Shown piece after piece: positions 24,661 through 39,348 of a DNA stretch of 64,000 bases; the first letter of the stretch is position 1; each line of letters opens with the position of its first letter. This DNA comes from Octopus vulgaris. Taxonomy: Eukaryota. The stretch spans positions 211,854,001 through 211,918,000 of the forward strand of contig OX597814.1 in NCBI GenBank assembly GCA_951406725.2, given 5' to 3'. The translations under genes and the position numbers were made by a program. The notes beneath the pieces were generated by a model, which made no database searches, was not told where the DNA came from, and saw only the letters and a program-made list of their open reading frames with translations.

Positions 24661-26189
24661 ATGCATATACATACGAACACACACACACCCACGAGCACAA
24701 ACGCTTAAGGTAACCCTAGAAATGGATGATACTATCTACTAGTTATAACAGGCAAACTTTTCTCAAATTCCATCCTATCAACATAAACAAGGAAATGACA
24801 GATTGAGTACTGTTGTTCCTGGACACTCACTGAAAAATAATGCAAACACAAAGAGAGATGTTCGATACTAGAATGCTTTTACTCCGAAACATACAAGTGC
24901 CGTTGTTTTTATAATCTATATCTAAAACATTGTTGCCTATTCTCTAAAATTGTCCATGAAAGTATTTTGTAATGAAGTGGAGGGCGGATATATATAATTG
25001 CCGGAAAATTCCTTCTAGTTTATTGCAGCATATTTTTGTTTTTTAAGCATTCTCTGGATTCTATTATACTGTTCTTAGCTGTAAATATAGGACTTAGAAA
25101 CTAGATACCAAAATTGTACGTATATTACTATTATAAACTTGGAAAATACTAAGCATCGGGTATAGATTACATATCACTTAGGATTGTCAGTCAGGGAGGG
25201 TATATGTTCAACTGTATCGAAAGTATTTCATATCTTTATAGAATAAATGAAACGCTAGTAAACGAGTATTTAGGAATATTTTCAAATTTAGAAATATTTT
25301 GGAAATCTTTGAGATATGGTGATAAATGTATAAAATGAACACTCTGTAAGAGAGAAACATATACTGCGTTCCTCACGGTGGTGATATACATCTCAAGACC
25401 TTATTATAAAGTGAACGTGCATGTGTGCATGGAAGCCAATTCGTTTAGTACAATAGCTGACGAGTAAAAATAGAAAATAGAAGCTCACATAATTTGAAAA
25501 GCGGAATGGACAAAAGTTATCCTTACTGCCCAAAAGACAAATATATTAAGGTTCTCACGGTGAGGATATTCATCTCAAGCTACTATCCTAAAGAGATACA
25601 CGTGTCCGTGATGCTTGCATGGAATGTTTGCAGTACGGATAACCTTTGTCTTCCTCGTCTTCCGAATTCAGTGGCCTTTTGAGTTCAATGGCCGGTATCC
25701 ATCCTATCAGTAAATATCACTGCATTTCATTGCTTTATCTCTAATGTTCGTTTCATTCACATCTACGATAAAAATGTGATACTTAAATGACTGCCTTAAA
25801 AATCGAGCAATAGGAATGCATACACTGTGTACTAGATTCCTAAGCTGCACATTCAATACCGGCTACAATGATAACAATATTTGCTTTCAATTAGTTGAAT
25901 TCCTTACTTATTCACACATTAGAATGAAACACTGTTTTCTAGGATGAACATTTCAATGCTTTGTACAACGTTTCCAGTATAGTGTTAGGCTCACAGACTA
26001 ATAGGGACTATCAAGTATCGCAAAGTCCACCAATGTTTTCTTTAGAAAACAGCTGTTTTTTGTTTTATTTCCCAGTGCGACAAGGATTCTAAAACTGAAT
26101 CTTTTCTGTTTTCTGTTGCCAAACATTTATATATACCATACTGCGGACAGACAGAACGAAAAGGTGTCATGGTGAATTTATTGTCTACG

Positions 26190-26671
26190 TCTGTGAAGAC
26201 CTCACACCCCAGGTCTTACTGTCATACTCAAATTCACAGAATACAACACAATATAGTCATATGCAATAAGTATCGCTCGCCGGATGCTCCAAACCACATA
26301 GGCAAGGATTAATGAAATCTTCATGAAACTGGAACACCATGTGGGCGTATTTCTTATAGATGATTTCAACTTCTCTAATGTCAAATGGCCCGAGGTTGAA
26401 TGCTCTCAGGAATGACTCATTGCAAACAAGCACAGATGGAGTCCTTGATCAACCCATGCCCTATTTGTGGAGCAAGTAGTTCTCAGACCAACTAGGGCGA
26501 ATAACATTTTGGATTTCTGCTTCACAAACAATCTGGACACCGTTTAAATGATGTGGATGTAATAGCCCTTGACTTTGCAAAAGCTTTTGATAAAATGGAT
26601 CATGGTATGATATGACACAAACTACGTGATCTAGGTAGTGGCTACATGATTTTCTGAAAGATAGATATCAG
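26190..26671 (+). mobile_element. CR1-like LINE fragment (APE endonuclease end joined to an RT motif)
   Basis: LIDDFNFSNVKW, PTRANNILDFCFTN, DVIALDFAKAFDKMDHG. Confidence 0.7.
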
Positions 26672-27410
26672 TTAGTAATAGCCAATGGAGCCTTTAGCTT
26701 TAACCACAGCTTCGAGACGATTTTGGAATTTCCTGCAACTCTTCTGGGTGGTCTCCTTAGTTAAGTTGGTGAATGCCTCCATAATCCTTGCCGTCAGTTC
26801 ATTTTTGGTACTACAGTTCATCTTTGTTGGTGCCTCGCTCAACTTCACCCCACACATAATAATCAAGGCGGTTGTAGTCTCGGGATTTAGGTGACCAGAT
26901 GTTTGGGGTGATGTGGCCACAGAAAGTGTCCAACAACCATGACTAGGTTCTCCTGTTTGTGTTGCATGGTGCAATCATATTGCCAGACATAAGTTCTCCA
27001 GCATCCGCTCTCTTGTCCCAAGGTAGCATTACCTTCTCCAGGCACCTGATGTAGGCGTTCGTGTGAACTCCGAGGCCGTGTGGGACGAATCGAGTCATAG
27101 CGTTGCCATCACTAGTAATCACGCTAAACAACATGATATTGACTGGATGTTTGACTTTTATCATTCTGGGTACAAGTGTTGGGGACGCAGAAGTCATTCA
27201 GAGTGACTCACAAGAATTCTGAAATATTCGTATTGGTGCTTGCGGCGCGAATACCAAGCAGTACAGCATGTCGTTTCCAAATTTGTGGCAGATCGAATTG
27301 CCCATCAAACCCTACTATATTGAGTAATCATCAAACAAAAAGAAAACAATGCGCATGCATGAATGTAAAAATATAAAATGATGACGATTTACTTATCGTA
27401 CACTGTATAT
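26672..27410 (-). mobile_element. Degenerate Tc1/mariner-superfamily (maT/rosa-like) transposon
   Basis: KVKHPVNIMLFSVITSDG, CSTKNELTARIMEAF..CRKFQNRLEAVVKAKG. Confidence 0.75.
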
Positions 27411-27905
27411 GTATAATGAAAGCAAACATGATAATGACTAGCAATTTACATGTAAAGTAAATTGATGTATGCTAATTTTTTCATGTTGTTTTCTTCGTAT
27501 ATATTCTCCACCTATGTGTTCTTACATTTCTTCCACTCTCATCAATTCATTTTGCTTGTCAATATTTCTCTCATTTACTTGTTGATACTTCATATTTATT
27601 CGTAATGGAACACCTGTTGCCTCCTTTAAAGTCAGAATGAGACAATAGTGTTTCAATATATAAATATATTCGGTGATTAGTAGTTGTTTACTATCTGATG
27701 AAAATGTACAGAATGAAACATTAGAATTAATCAAGTATATAATACTTGTTTTTCTCTTTCTTTCTCTCTCTCTCTCTTTATTTATCTCTCTCTCTTTATT
27801 TCTCTCTCTCTCTTTATTTCTCTCTCTCTCTTTCTCTCCGTCCCTATATATGTGTGTGGGGGTTTCTGTGTATGAGTGTGTGTGTATTTTTTCATGTATA
27901 CTCTC

Positions 27906-28310
27906 TTTTACTCTCATTTACTTGTTTCAGTCATTTGACTGCGGCCATGCTGGAGCACCGCCTTTAGTCGAGCAAATCGACCCCGGGATTTATTCTTTGT
28001 AAGCCCAGTACTATCGGTCTCTTTTGCCGAACCATTAAGTGACGGGGACGTAAACACACCAGCATCGGTTGTCAAGCAATGCTAGGGGGACAAACACTGA
28101 CACACAAACACACACACATACATATATACATATATATACACATATACAACAGGCTTCTTTCAGTTTCCGTCTACCAAATCCACTCACAAGGCATTGGTCG
28201 GCCCGGGGCTATAGCAGAAGACACTTGCCCAAGATGCCACGCAGTGGGACTGAACCTGGAACCATGTGGTTGGTTAGTAAGCTACTTACCACACAGCCAC
28301 CCCTGCGCCT
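27906..28310 (-). mobile_element. tRNA-derived SINE, family A
   Basis: Head GGCGCAGGGGTGGCTGTGTGGTAAG..GGTTCAGTCCC; further copies at 54070-54484 and 58571-58980. Confidence 0.9.
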
Positions 28311-28489
28311 ATGTATAATATATATATATACATATTACACACATACATATTGTTTACATATATACATATATAGATATGCATTTATAGATGTAGATATAGA
28401 TATATGAGATTGTACTGTATAGTTCACATGTTGTATATGGAGGAATGATATCAGAGCTGCGAAATCTTACATGTATTTATTTCAAGCCT

Positions 28490-29560
28490 TCTTACTAAAA
28501 AATGTAACTAGTTGCTTCTTCTCTTGAAAATGGACAAAATTTGGCAGTGTGGTCATGTCAAGCACAGGAACTATAATGGTCTAACACCAAAGAAATTCAT
28601 GCTGGCATAGGTACATGGGTGCTACATTTGTGGATGACACGCCAGTATTATTTATAGTGCAAATGTCGGCAGCTAAATTTTGAAAGGGAAAAGTGTATCT
28701 TGAAGATGAGCCATGGTTTGGACATCCTGCAAATGGCACGGTATAGGAAAACGCTTATCATTTTCACCACATGCTAGTGGACGACTGACGCTTGACTATG
28801 ATCATATAGCCAATGATATTGGAATATCTCCAGAGAGAGTTTACAACACTCTGTACAATGAACTGAGAATGGCGGAGATTTCTGCACGGTGGATGTCTGT
28901 CACACATCAAAAGTGCACCAAGTTGATCAAATCACAGAAAAATCTGAGGCCGATCCAGCTGGCTTCCTTGAACGTTTCCTAACCCAGAATGAGTGTTGGG
29001 TCCATCAATTTGAGCCAAAGACAAAGAAAAGATCCTTGCACTAGAGATATCCCACTTCATCTAGTCTAAAGAAGGCGAAGGGAAGGCGATGACCTCAGTT
29101 CCTTGAAAATGCAAAAGACATTGTCTTTATTAACTATCTCCAAATGTCTACACCCTCAAAGGAAAGTACTATGCTAAACTGTTGCGGCAGTCACGAAAGT
29201 CTTTCAAGATCAGACGTCCAGGAGAACAGACGGAAGATGTCTTGAATTATCAGGACAAAACTCCGACACACAAGCCCTTGGTTTCAACGTCTGCTGTGCA
29301 TGACTGTCACTTTGAACTCGTTGATCAATCCCTACTACTAATCCTCCTGTTAAATAACACTTGATTGGTGACCAGTATCGCAGCGATGATGATTCATATC
29401 TGGTGTTGTTGACTTGTTTTGCAAAACAGAATGAACGCTTCTTCACCAAAGACATCCAACACAGCAACACCGATAAAGCAAGTGTGTGGACCTCAAGGGA
29501 GACTATGTTGAAAAAGAAACTTTCTCTAGGCAGATTCCATCAGCGTAACTTGATCAGCCT
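28490..29560 (+). mobile_element. Degenerate mariner transposon
   Basis: LEDEPWFGHP, ISARWM, RFLTQNECWVHQFEPKTK, GKYYAKLL. Confidence 0.8.
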
Positions 29561-29754
29561 ACACACACATACGTACACACAGACACATACACACACTCAC
29601 AAACACAGACACACACACATACATACCTATATATACATGGATATGTGTATGTGTCCATAAATGTGAGCCTGTGTGTCTAAGTGTTTGTGTAGGTGCCAAT
29701 ACATCATTTACATGAGCGTAGGTGTATAGTGACTGTAAATCTTCATATGTGGTC

Positions 29755-29788
<34 letters not shown>

Positions 29789-29847
29789 CATTATTGGTGA
29801 ATTGAAGAAATGGAGCTGAACGCAGATTGAACAGAAATCGTTTTATT

Positions 29848-29927
29848 TCATTCTACACGTGTTTCGAAAGGCACAAATTACCAAAATCCGATGGAATAAT
29901 GGGACCATATTGTGTCTTCAGGAGCTG
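29848..29927 (-). ncRNA. Degenerate hammerhead ribozyme
   Basis: Minus strand: CTGAAGA-CACAA...TTGTG CCTTTC-GAAA-C ACGT-GTA; flank resembles the 4745 family; adjacent to (TA)n. Confidence 0.6.
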
Positions 29928-30003
29928 TGATTTTTGCTACTAAGGTATCGGTTAAACTTTTGATTAATCTACTACAAGATTATTCATCTTTCTATTTCAT
30001 ATA

Positions 30004-30058
<55 letters not shown>

Positions 30059-30131
30059 AAGATAGGAGGAAAAAGAGAGAGAGAGTTCTCTTTGTATTTA
30101 TAGGCGAATAATACACCTGTGTCTACGTATG

Positions 30132-30175
<44 letters not shown>

Positions 30176-32394
30176 AATGCGTATACGACCATGTGCGCAT
30201 ATACTCCCATGCGTAGCTGATTGTATGTGAGAATGTGCGTCTACGCGTATATGTGTATATATCTGGGCTTGAAATGTACTTGCAAGAAATACAACCACAG
30301 ATTTCTTCAAACAACTCTGGTATTTGGCAACTTTAATTCTATGATCTAATAGCAATGTACAATACTTAAATGGAAAACCCAAGCATTAAATACCGCTTCA
30401 TTGAAACAATGGGAGGGTATTGAAGTGGTTTTTGAATGACTAAAAATACCAACCATATATTTCTCCAATCACACAATTCTTTCCTTACAAGGACAGACAC
30501 GTTGAAAATTTAGTCCACTACCAGATCAGACATGAATTTCATGGTTGGAAAGCATTTTATGAGATGTTAATTTAATTAGGGTGACCTGCGGTTAAACTAG
30601 ACTATCACAATAACAATCCTATCACCAAATAATTATCAGAGACCAAAGTCAAAGAATATGGTGATTGCTGAATTAATTTTAATATCATCATCAAAATATC
30701 TAATCGATAAAGAGGGAAAACCAGACATTATTCGGAAATCTTTTCTTCCTCAACAAACCACAATTAACAACCACCGATAAAATCATTTCGTACCTGTGAT
30801 AAAAACCGGAACGACCTGTAAGGTCGATACGCTGCAGAGATGTATTGTTCTTGTAATAGCAAATTACAGGAAAAATTTTCAGTAGTAACTAAATGGTGAA
30901 TTGGTACAACGTTATTGTGTTGCCGTTTTTCTTGACCAAGATATCTTTAAAAAACAAGCAATTCCATCTTTAAATCTACGACCCCGGTTGATCTGAAGGA
31001 TCGGAATGGTAACTTACATATTAAGTAATTTCCACTTATTTATATCAAGACATTTTATAAGGCTTAATGTCATGCATTTGTAGGGAAATTTACTAGGGTA
31101 CACATACTAAAATTGCACATAAAGTCGATATTAAATTATCAAAGTGCAATATAACAAAATGAATCCATTAATACTAAGATAGCTAATTAGGGGATAAAAA
31201 TCACAAGAAATAAATTAAATTGATTATGGCTAGTATCACACCAGCCACGTTTTGCATATCATCGATTGAAAGTGTTTAATAGTTTATCTTTCATATTATC
31301 TAACAGCAGAACTATATAATGCCTGATAAGGTGATGAGCAATGTGAGAATAAAAATCCAACATGGCAAACGTTTCGAAAGTCTTAGTTTACGGTTTGAAC
31401 ACAGTTCTCAATCTCAGCGTTTTCAGACAATCTGCGTAGCAATCAACATCGAATGCTGTGTAGTAAACTTCTCAAATTTACAAGAAATAAACTACATTTA
31501 TGTTGTTGGATACATTTGTTTCGGGCAGATTTTCAAAGGCAAGATATTCTGAAGAACTACCGAAATTTTATTAGTAGCTTATTTTGCCATCAATTTTCTC
31601 GAAAACTTTTCCTGTGCGCTCAATATATTTTCCTTTCCATGGTCTAAATATTTTGGGTTAATGATAACATTTATTTCGTCAGTTGCATTGGCAAGTGATT
31701 GATATGTTGGACATGGTTTTACTACCAAATTGATATCAGATGGTATTTATGGCTTTTTGATCGGTAGAAGTAGAAGTAGCAGCATCTATGATTCATTTAT
31801 ATCATTTCTGCCATACCACAATAAACTTCATGTATTTCTATCAAACTTCTATATTGTAAAATTTGAGAAATAATTATTCTTGAAAAAATTGAGTGCAAAA
31901 TTATATTCGTCTTCATGATATAGATTTTTTTCAGCCAATTCTTATCGACGAATTGTCTAATACGAATAAAATCGATATCAGACTTCATGGCCAATTCATT
32001 ATTCTTTATTTTCTGTTTTTTTTTTTCGCCGTTTACTAGCAGTTCATCAAAACTTCTGTTAATGGTTTGATGTATTTCGAATCCAGACAGTATATGCTTT
32101 TGTCATTATTGCAATCAGACCTAGTTGAGGAACTTATGCACCAGCATTTTCGTGAATATTTATATAGTGTGACATTTGAATGATTTCAACGATTTAGTCC
32201 AACAATGTTGTCGTAGGGATGCAAGTAACAGAATAATGGTTTTTATTGAACGCATACTTATTAGAGACATGTGATCGGTAATGAATTCGAAATATCGTAT
32301 GTATCAGAACTGACTGTCACGAAGATTTCCGAATCTAAAGGATAATCAGTATTCAAATGTTTATGAATATCGCCGTAGATGTTCATGTTTCTGA

Positions 32395-32600
32395 TATATG
32401 GATATTCAACACCATTTTCAAGTTGTGATATAAGCCGGCCGAAAATAACTGGGGAAGTATCTACTGTCAAAATTAATGACACATTTTCATAGTAATGACT
32501 AAAGTGTGAGGCCTCAGTTAATTTTATTGTCGACTCCATAAGACATTGTTCAATAATCTCCCCATTTGAATGTTATTCCATCTTTATGTATATCGCAGCA
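32395..32600 (-). mobile_element. Gypsy RNase H fragment
   Basis: SHYYENVSLILTVDTSPVIFGRLISQLENGVEYP. Confidence 0.55.
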
Positions 32601-32715
32601 AGACTTGCCATGTTCTTAATAAATGTACAATGATATTTGACTTTCGAAATAAAACATGCTAATATATATGTGTTTAAGTGGGTAATATATTATATTATAT
32701 TATATTATATCATAT

Positions 32716-32772
<57 letters not shown>

Positions 32773-32929
32773 CTTATATACATAGTTCTTATATAGGAAA
32801 AGAACGAACAGCCTAAAGCATTAGAGCACTGGCGTATTTAGAAGATTGATTGTTATTGCCCGGTATTGCACACTCCGTTTGCAGAGTGTAGGCTACAACA
32901 TTGTTTGTGATCTGCACGCATATAAATAT

Positions 32930-33190
32930 TGGCACTCCTTCTCTTACAACGTCAAGTATTCATGTTGATCTGATAAATGAAAAAGCTTCCTCGTGAAATT
33001 AAAGTGCATGTCGCTGAGCACTACACAAACACACGCACTCTTAACTTATTTCTCAGAGAGAATATGCGTGACACTAGTTGTGACAAGGCTTGCCCTTCAA
33101 AATACCACTCCTTTTCGCCAGCTGAATAGAGTGGAGCAACGTGAAATAAAGTGCCTAGTTTAAGGGCACAAGAAGCCGCTGAGATTCGAG
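32930..33190 (-). mobile_element. Old tRNA-SINE, third family
   Basis: Minus strand: CTCGAATCTCAGCGG..TGTGCCCTTAAACTAGGCACTTTATTTCACGTTGCTCCA. Confidence 0.5.
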
Positions 33191-33199
33191 CAGTCTCCG

Positions 33200-34570
33200 C
33201 TGCTATGGACTTATACGAACTGGGTTACTCGATCAAAGATATAGTTACGCCATCAAACGGGCTCTACATGGAGACGCTGCTCGAGAAAAGTATTGCTCGC
33301 ATAAGGTGTATAAGATGAAAGGCATGCTTCTATGACCAAGCCGTGTCACCCTCGGAAGCCATGGCTTACGATATCAAATCCAGAGGGTTCCCACACAAGA
33401 TCAAATACCTCGAATCCTTCGAAGCAGACCTGCTATGCATCATACTCCGGCTGAGATTCTGTAAGTCTATAGCAACTTCCAGAGCAAAATCTTTTCTGAT
33501 TTACGGCTGCTAAGGTCTTCCGACAAGAGAAATATGTGTATAGGGTACCCTCATGCTCATATGATGGATTTTATAAAATAGCATCTCATAGAAATGTAGA
33601 GGCGCTAACCTATATGCATACAATAGTGAATCAATCAATTGACCAGCAGACAGATAACGAGCGAGATTAACAACAATATAAGGAGTGTATCCGATCTCTC
33701 ATTTTGTCGTAGTGGTCTAAGTTCACACAATTCGATATAATGGATTTTTATCCATTTATATCAAAAGATTACACGTCAAGGCTCTTAGGTTTGCTATGAA
33801 TTTCACTTACAGTAGCGAAAGTGCCATAGACGTAATTATTCACGTTAAGAAAGCGATGCAGTGCAGAAAGAGGTTCGGCCTGGGTCAAATAGACTGACTC
33901 TGTAGGCTCCTTTGATATAGCGATGGGGTCTTAGCGCGGATATCTGCGACCTTATAGGATTTTATATACTGGCGGTCTTAACGAAAATGTTTCCTTCGGT
34001 CTTCTTGGGTCTTTACAGAAATGACACTTTAGCTATCTCTAGAAGAGCTAATGGACATATCCTAGGCTTAAGAAAGACTTTATTCGTAATCTTAGCCCCA
34101 CTGGACTCAAGATTACAATTGAGACCAACGTTACTATTGAGAGGTTAGGTTAGACCTTGACAACTGTTCATAGAAATTCTACCACAAACGGAACGAAGGT
34201 CTGCAGTACATTAACACAATCTCCTGCTACCTACCTATGGTGTTCAAGAACTGTGTGACGGTATCAGCAAGAGGATTTCGAACCTACACTGCAGCCAAGA
34301 AGTTTTCGATGCCACCCACCCCTAATAAATGATGATTCTGCAGCATCTAGTTGGTTTAAGGACTCCACATCCTATATTCCCAATCCCTATCACCAGCAAA
34401 AGGTAGTGCCGCCGTAAGGTCGTTTGGTTTGTCCCAACATTCTCACTCAACACCCAGACTTCTGTGGGAAGGATATTCCTTAGATTTGTGGGAAATACTT
34501 CACAGTCAAACAGGTACTGACATTTGTTTAAGTCGAAACCATGAGCAAAGGTAGAATGCTCATGCATTGT
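33200..34570 (+). mobile_element. Degenerate Naiad-type PLE reverse transcriptase
   Basis: LESFEADL, FTQFDIMDFYPFIS, FDIAMGS..DICDLIGFYIL, GLYRND, VVWFVPTFSLNTQTSVGRIFL; many stops and frameshifts. Confidence 0.8.
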
Positions 34571-35239
34571 TCACAATGAATGCTCAATGAGGAGGGTTGA
34601 TGCACCCTTAGGATGTAGTGCATGAAGATGAGGTTGTGATTGGAATTGACAAACAATGCGGCAGCGTTAGCAACAGCAGTGGCCACGGTACATTCAACAC
34701 ATCCACCGAGATAGCCACAGCAGCAATACCAATAGCTGCAGCAGCGGCCACAAATGTGACTGGCAATGGCAGATACATCGGAAAATATGATACCAACAGC
34801 GCGTCTCGCTATAGTAGTAGCAACGGCAACAACAACGCCATCAGTATCACCAACGGCGGCAGTAGCTACAGCATCAAAACGACGATCTTTGTGTTGTGGA
34901 ATGCGGTTAGGTTTTTAGAGGGAGCTAAGTAGTTTAAATTTGCAGTTCATTTGAGATACGAAATTTTTCAAAGTTTTGTAATTTAAAGTAATTTTGTGTG
35001 GTGTGGGCAGTGAGAGAATATTTCTTCTGTTATTTAAAGCTTGTTGTGTGGTATATCTCTGATTCAAAGGTTACAATTGATACCTCTTTCATGAAACTCA
35101 CAGTTTTTGCGAGTACTTGTGTTTCGAACAAGCTATATCACAGCATGACCAATTAACCTCCATAGAAATTTCAAAAATAATACCGCATAGATGTTAATCC
35201 AACGCAACAATTGTTTGAGTACACCAACTTATTCTCGAG

Positions 35240-35750
35240 ACAATTGTTTAGAGAAAAAAATTCTGCCGTCATATACTTCCCATGGGAGGTAAACTAAAGA
35301 CACAAGCAGGAAGATTAGTGATGTGTACAGGAAAACTCTGTTACCGATCGAATGTGCCAGAAATGGTTTTCAAGAATTCGGGAAATTTTCCTTTTCAAAC
35401 TGAACTTCACATTGGTCGGCCAACTGAGGTGAAGGAGTTAGTCGAGATCAATACCACTTATAATAGACCACGATGGTCGCGGATAGTCTCCAAAAATCGA
35501 GGCTGAGTGTTGAAAATCCTCAACATCAGGCTTAATGATTTGGTCCCACATCCACTGAATGTGAAGGACATGGCCCAAAGTACGTCTGTCTTCGATTCAT
35601 TGCAGATGCGTGAAGGAACCGATCCTTTTATTAAATGAATGGTAACAGGAATCGAAAACTGGATTGTTTATGTCAATGTGAAGCTCAAATTCATAATGTT
35701 GAAAGCGCTGTGAATCACCACATAGAACCTCGAATGCAAGACTTGCATCC
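35240..35750 (+). mobile_element. Mariner transposase fragment
   Basis: SGNF..HIGRPT, LVPHPL, PFIK*MVTGIENWIVYVN. Confidence 0.65.
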
Positions 35751-38700
35751 ATTGAACCTGTTGCCAGTTGTCTTATGAAGATTCGTCTATGCTGTTGTGA
35801 TAGCTGGTTGAGTAAATGAATGTAAATATATACATTTGGTTGCGTAATGTAGTAACCGAACAAGACCCTGGAACATCTAACTGAATATAAACTGTTTTGA
35901 CATTTTACAGTTAACAGCAGACTGAGAGAGAGACACATATCTCAGGTTAGAAAAATATATTATTACGGCAACCTACGGCTTGCCGAACATTCTACAATGT
36001 TCGACAAAACAATATTCATTGACATCATCGCTTCCCAATGACTAAGTAAGTAACAGACCGACCACGTGAAACTATTATTGTTTTCTGGCGATGTCTGAGC
36101 GCGTATCCAGGGATTCGGTTTCGAATCACTACTACAAAGATTATGATTTCAATTGGGCGAATTGAAAGAGTTTTCTTTTTTACTCGCTTCTCCCCACAAG
36201 ATTAGCATTTGTGATGCTTACTGTAACCAGCTGGAGCGATCCACCAGAAGCTTCCAGAACTTGCTAATCGTACGTACATTGTCTTTCATCCCAATAATGC
36301 CAAACACCTCCATGTTTTACGGACACAGGAGGCGTTGTCGTGTCTTGGTAGCGAATTTTTGCTTCACCTTCTATATTCGCCCGAACTTGCGTCTTAATTC
36401 TCTTCAAAATTCATTGAATGGACAGATTTTCAGCTCTGGAGAGATTGTAGATATTCACCTGGAATACTTCTTGACCACTGAATTGAGGATGTTCCAATAA
36501 AATAGAACAAGATACTGAAAATAAATGGCAATGCTATCATTGATTGAATAATTCGTTTCTGGGTTTAAAACGTCTGACTTATTATCCTTCAAATACGCGA
36601 ACGGACATTCCAGCCAACACAATATAATGTTCATATAACTACAACAGTGAGTACATACAATAATTACAATAAATTCTAAATATATAAATCTTTATATCTT
36701 GATTTAGTTTATCCTAATTCACATTATTTTCATCATTATATTTATCATTATTTTCACCTTAATTATTATATTTTCCCTACTCATACGTTTTTAAAATCCG
36801 ATCGGTAAAAATTAATTTGGAAAAGTTTTTTCGGCCATGGTATAGAAGGAGGAGCAGAACAAACATTACTGTATCTGGTGATGTTTGATCATTATGCATT
36901 CAAGTGTGTATTATTATATCCGTGACTATAAAGCTTCCTTCAATAATTATTCACTTTGCACGTTAGGCCGATCAATGATGGATCTATACAAGACACATTA
37001 TAAATGTTCGTACAAAATGCGGTGATTTCAGTCAAAATTAAAACTTCGTTACCAAAGAGAAAACGGGTATTATCCATACACACAAACACACACACACACA
37101 CATATATATATATATGGCGTGTGTGTGTGCGTGTAACATACACATATACAGAAACACACATATATGTCAATGTGTGTCCTTCAAATAACTAGAAAACCTG
37201 GGTAGAACCCAGTGTTGCGTTTCAATTTTTAACGTATTTCAATCTCTACCTGTAGAAATACATTGGGATGCAGGGAAATACTGACGTCTTAGTTCTTTGT
37301 GACTAGAATTTAGTTACATATGATATATGTTGATTGAAGCATTATGTGAGGTAAGGAGAAAAGCTATACCTTGAATTTACGTCAGGCGTGGAATTTCACG
37401 CAAATTACAACAGGTTTTGCAGATATTTATGCATTTGAGACAGCAAATTCATTCATAATTTATAAAGAATCAGTATTGATGTATTGTATCAGCAGCTGAA
37501 GATTAGAAATGAACTTAATCATGTAATTTTTATAAAGTGCATAATGTTTTGCGTAAAAAGAGCACCAGATATATGAACGGGGGTGCTGATATGGTCGTTA
37601 TAGGGGTTAGATATTATCAACGCTGAGCATTTTTTTCTAATCTCGGAGAAAATGCTTTCTATTTGAACCAGTTTCTACAAGAGTAATCATCAGAAATTAA
37701 GACACGTAAAATTTGTAGATTTGCAAGATTATTCTCCTAAAGTGAGCGACTGTAAATTGATGCATTTGAAAGATTAGCATTTTTGTACTGGAAGATCCTT
37801 TTGCGTTTTATGTTCATTAAACGTAGGAATTTGTATTTTTGTATGTTTACAAAATGAATATATGTGTCGAATGTTAGATAGAGCACGATAGAGAAGGATA
37901 TCCAATGCTTTGATATATATTATAGACATTACATAAATGTGTACAAATTGAAGCTTAATTGGTTGTGAGAAGAGGGTAGAAAATATGCTATGGAGTTTCT
38001 GTTTAGATTGAACAGTAGACTTTTAAAGGGGTAGGCTGAAGATTTTATAGAGAACCTGCAATGCAACAGTCTCATAGAAATTTTATAATCTAATACATGG
38101 AAACAGATGAAGCACATATCAAGTAAACGAACTCAGTTATTGATGATGTCATAAATAACAGTATTGCTTCAATCGAAGGTTTGAATACGAAGTATGACAA
38201 GTGCGTAGGCAAAGTGGGAAAGCATTAAACATAGTATACGCTGCTGAGAAGAAAGAGTGAACTGAGCGAGATGAATGAGGTGGTTGCTAAGAGTTTCAAA
38301 TGTTGAAATGTTGATGACAGCTGAGTACTTCAGAGATTGATATTTGTGTGCTTAAGATACAATGCCAAGCGTTTCTATAGCTTGTGATAGATACATAATG
38401 GGATAAATTTAGTTTTGTGACTATAGCTCTGGAGCTCAATGATTAATAGTCCAGGCAGTAAAACGTCGTAACTACTTACCTTGCTCGCTTGACGACCTCA
38501 TCAATAAATTGTCCCAATAGGTTATTGTTTGTACATAAGTAAGAGGCAATACGTATTGAAATAATTTCATTTTGGTTGGAATTGTCATGTGTAATGTTGA
38601 ATAACAATCAGATTTGCATTAAAGATGATGATTTTGTTATATGACAGCTACATACAAAAGTATAAATACTAGAAACAAGACTGTTTTCAATAAGATGTAG

Positions 38701-39117
38701 CTTTACCATACTATGAATATGTATGGTAAGGCCTTGATTGACAGAGCTAGAGAGAAACACAGATGGGTTGCAAGAAAGAAAGCCATGTATGCTAGAAATA
38801 GGAATTAAGCACACAAGTGAATGAGGTTAGTAACTGGTAATGTCTCTCTGAAATCGCATTGTATGTGTATGATGAATGAAGCATCTAGTAATATTCGTAT
38901 TCATTTAAGACCTCTAATTTTTGCAATGTGCATAGGTAACAGATGTAAGGTTTATGCTGGAATAATTATTTATATTTTGATGTAGCTGGATGTAACTGTA
39001 AGTGAAATTATTTGATAAAAGTTGTTGTCGTTTGAAGTCCCTCAGACACAAAACAACCGAGGTCAATTAAGTATGATATATACGTCATTCGATCATTACT
39101 TACATTATTTAAAATTG

Positions 39118-39249
39118 ACGGATATTTATCCTCATCTTGTTTGTTGTTAACACAACATTTCGGATGATATACCCTCCAGCCTTGAGGAAATTTCGAACCT
39201 GGGTTCTCATTCCTAAGGTATTTTTCGATGTTAATTATTATTATTATTA

Positions 39250-39348
<99 letters not shown>

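Noticed and set aside
34618-34932. 104-aa Ser/Asn/Ala-rich ORF as a host exon
   Set aside because: Low complexity, directly downstream of a Naiad fragment, no splice or domain evidence
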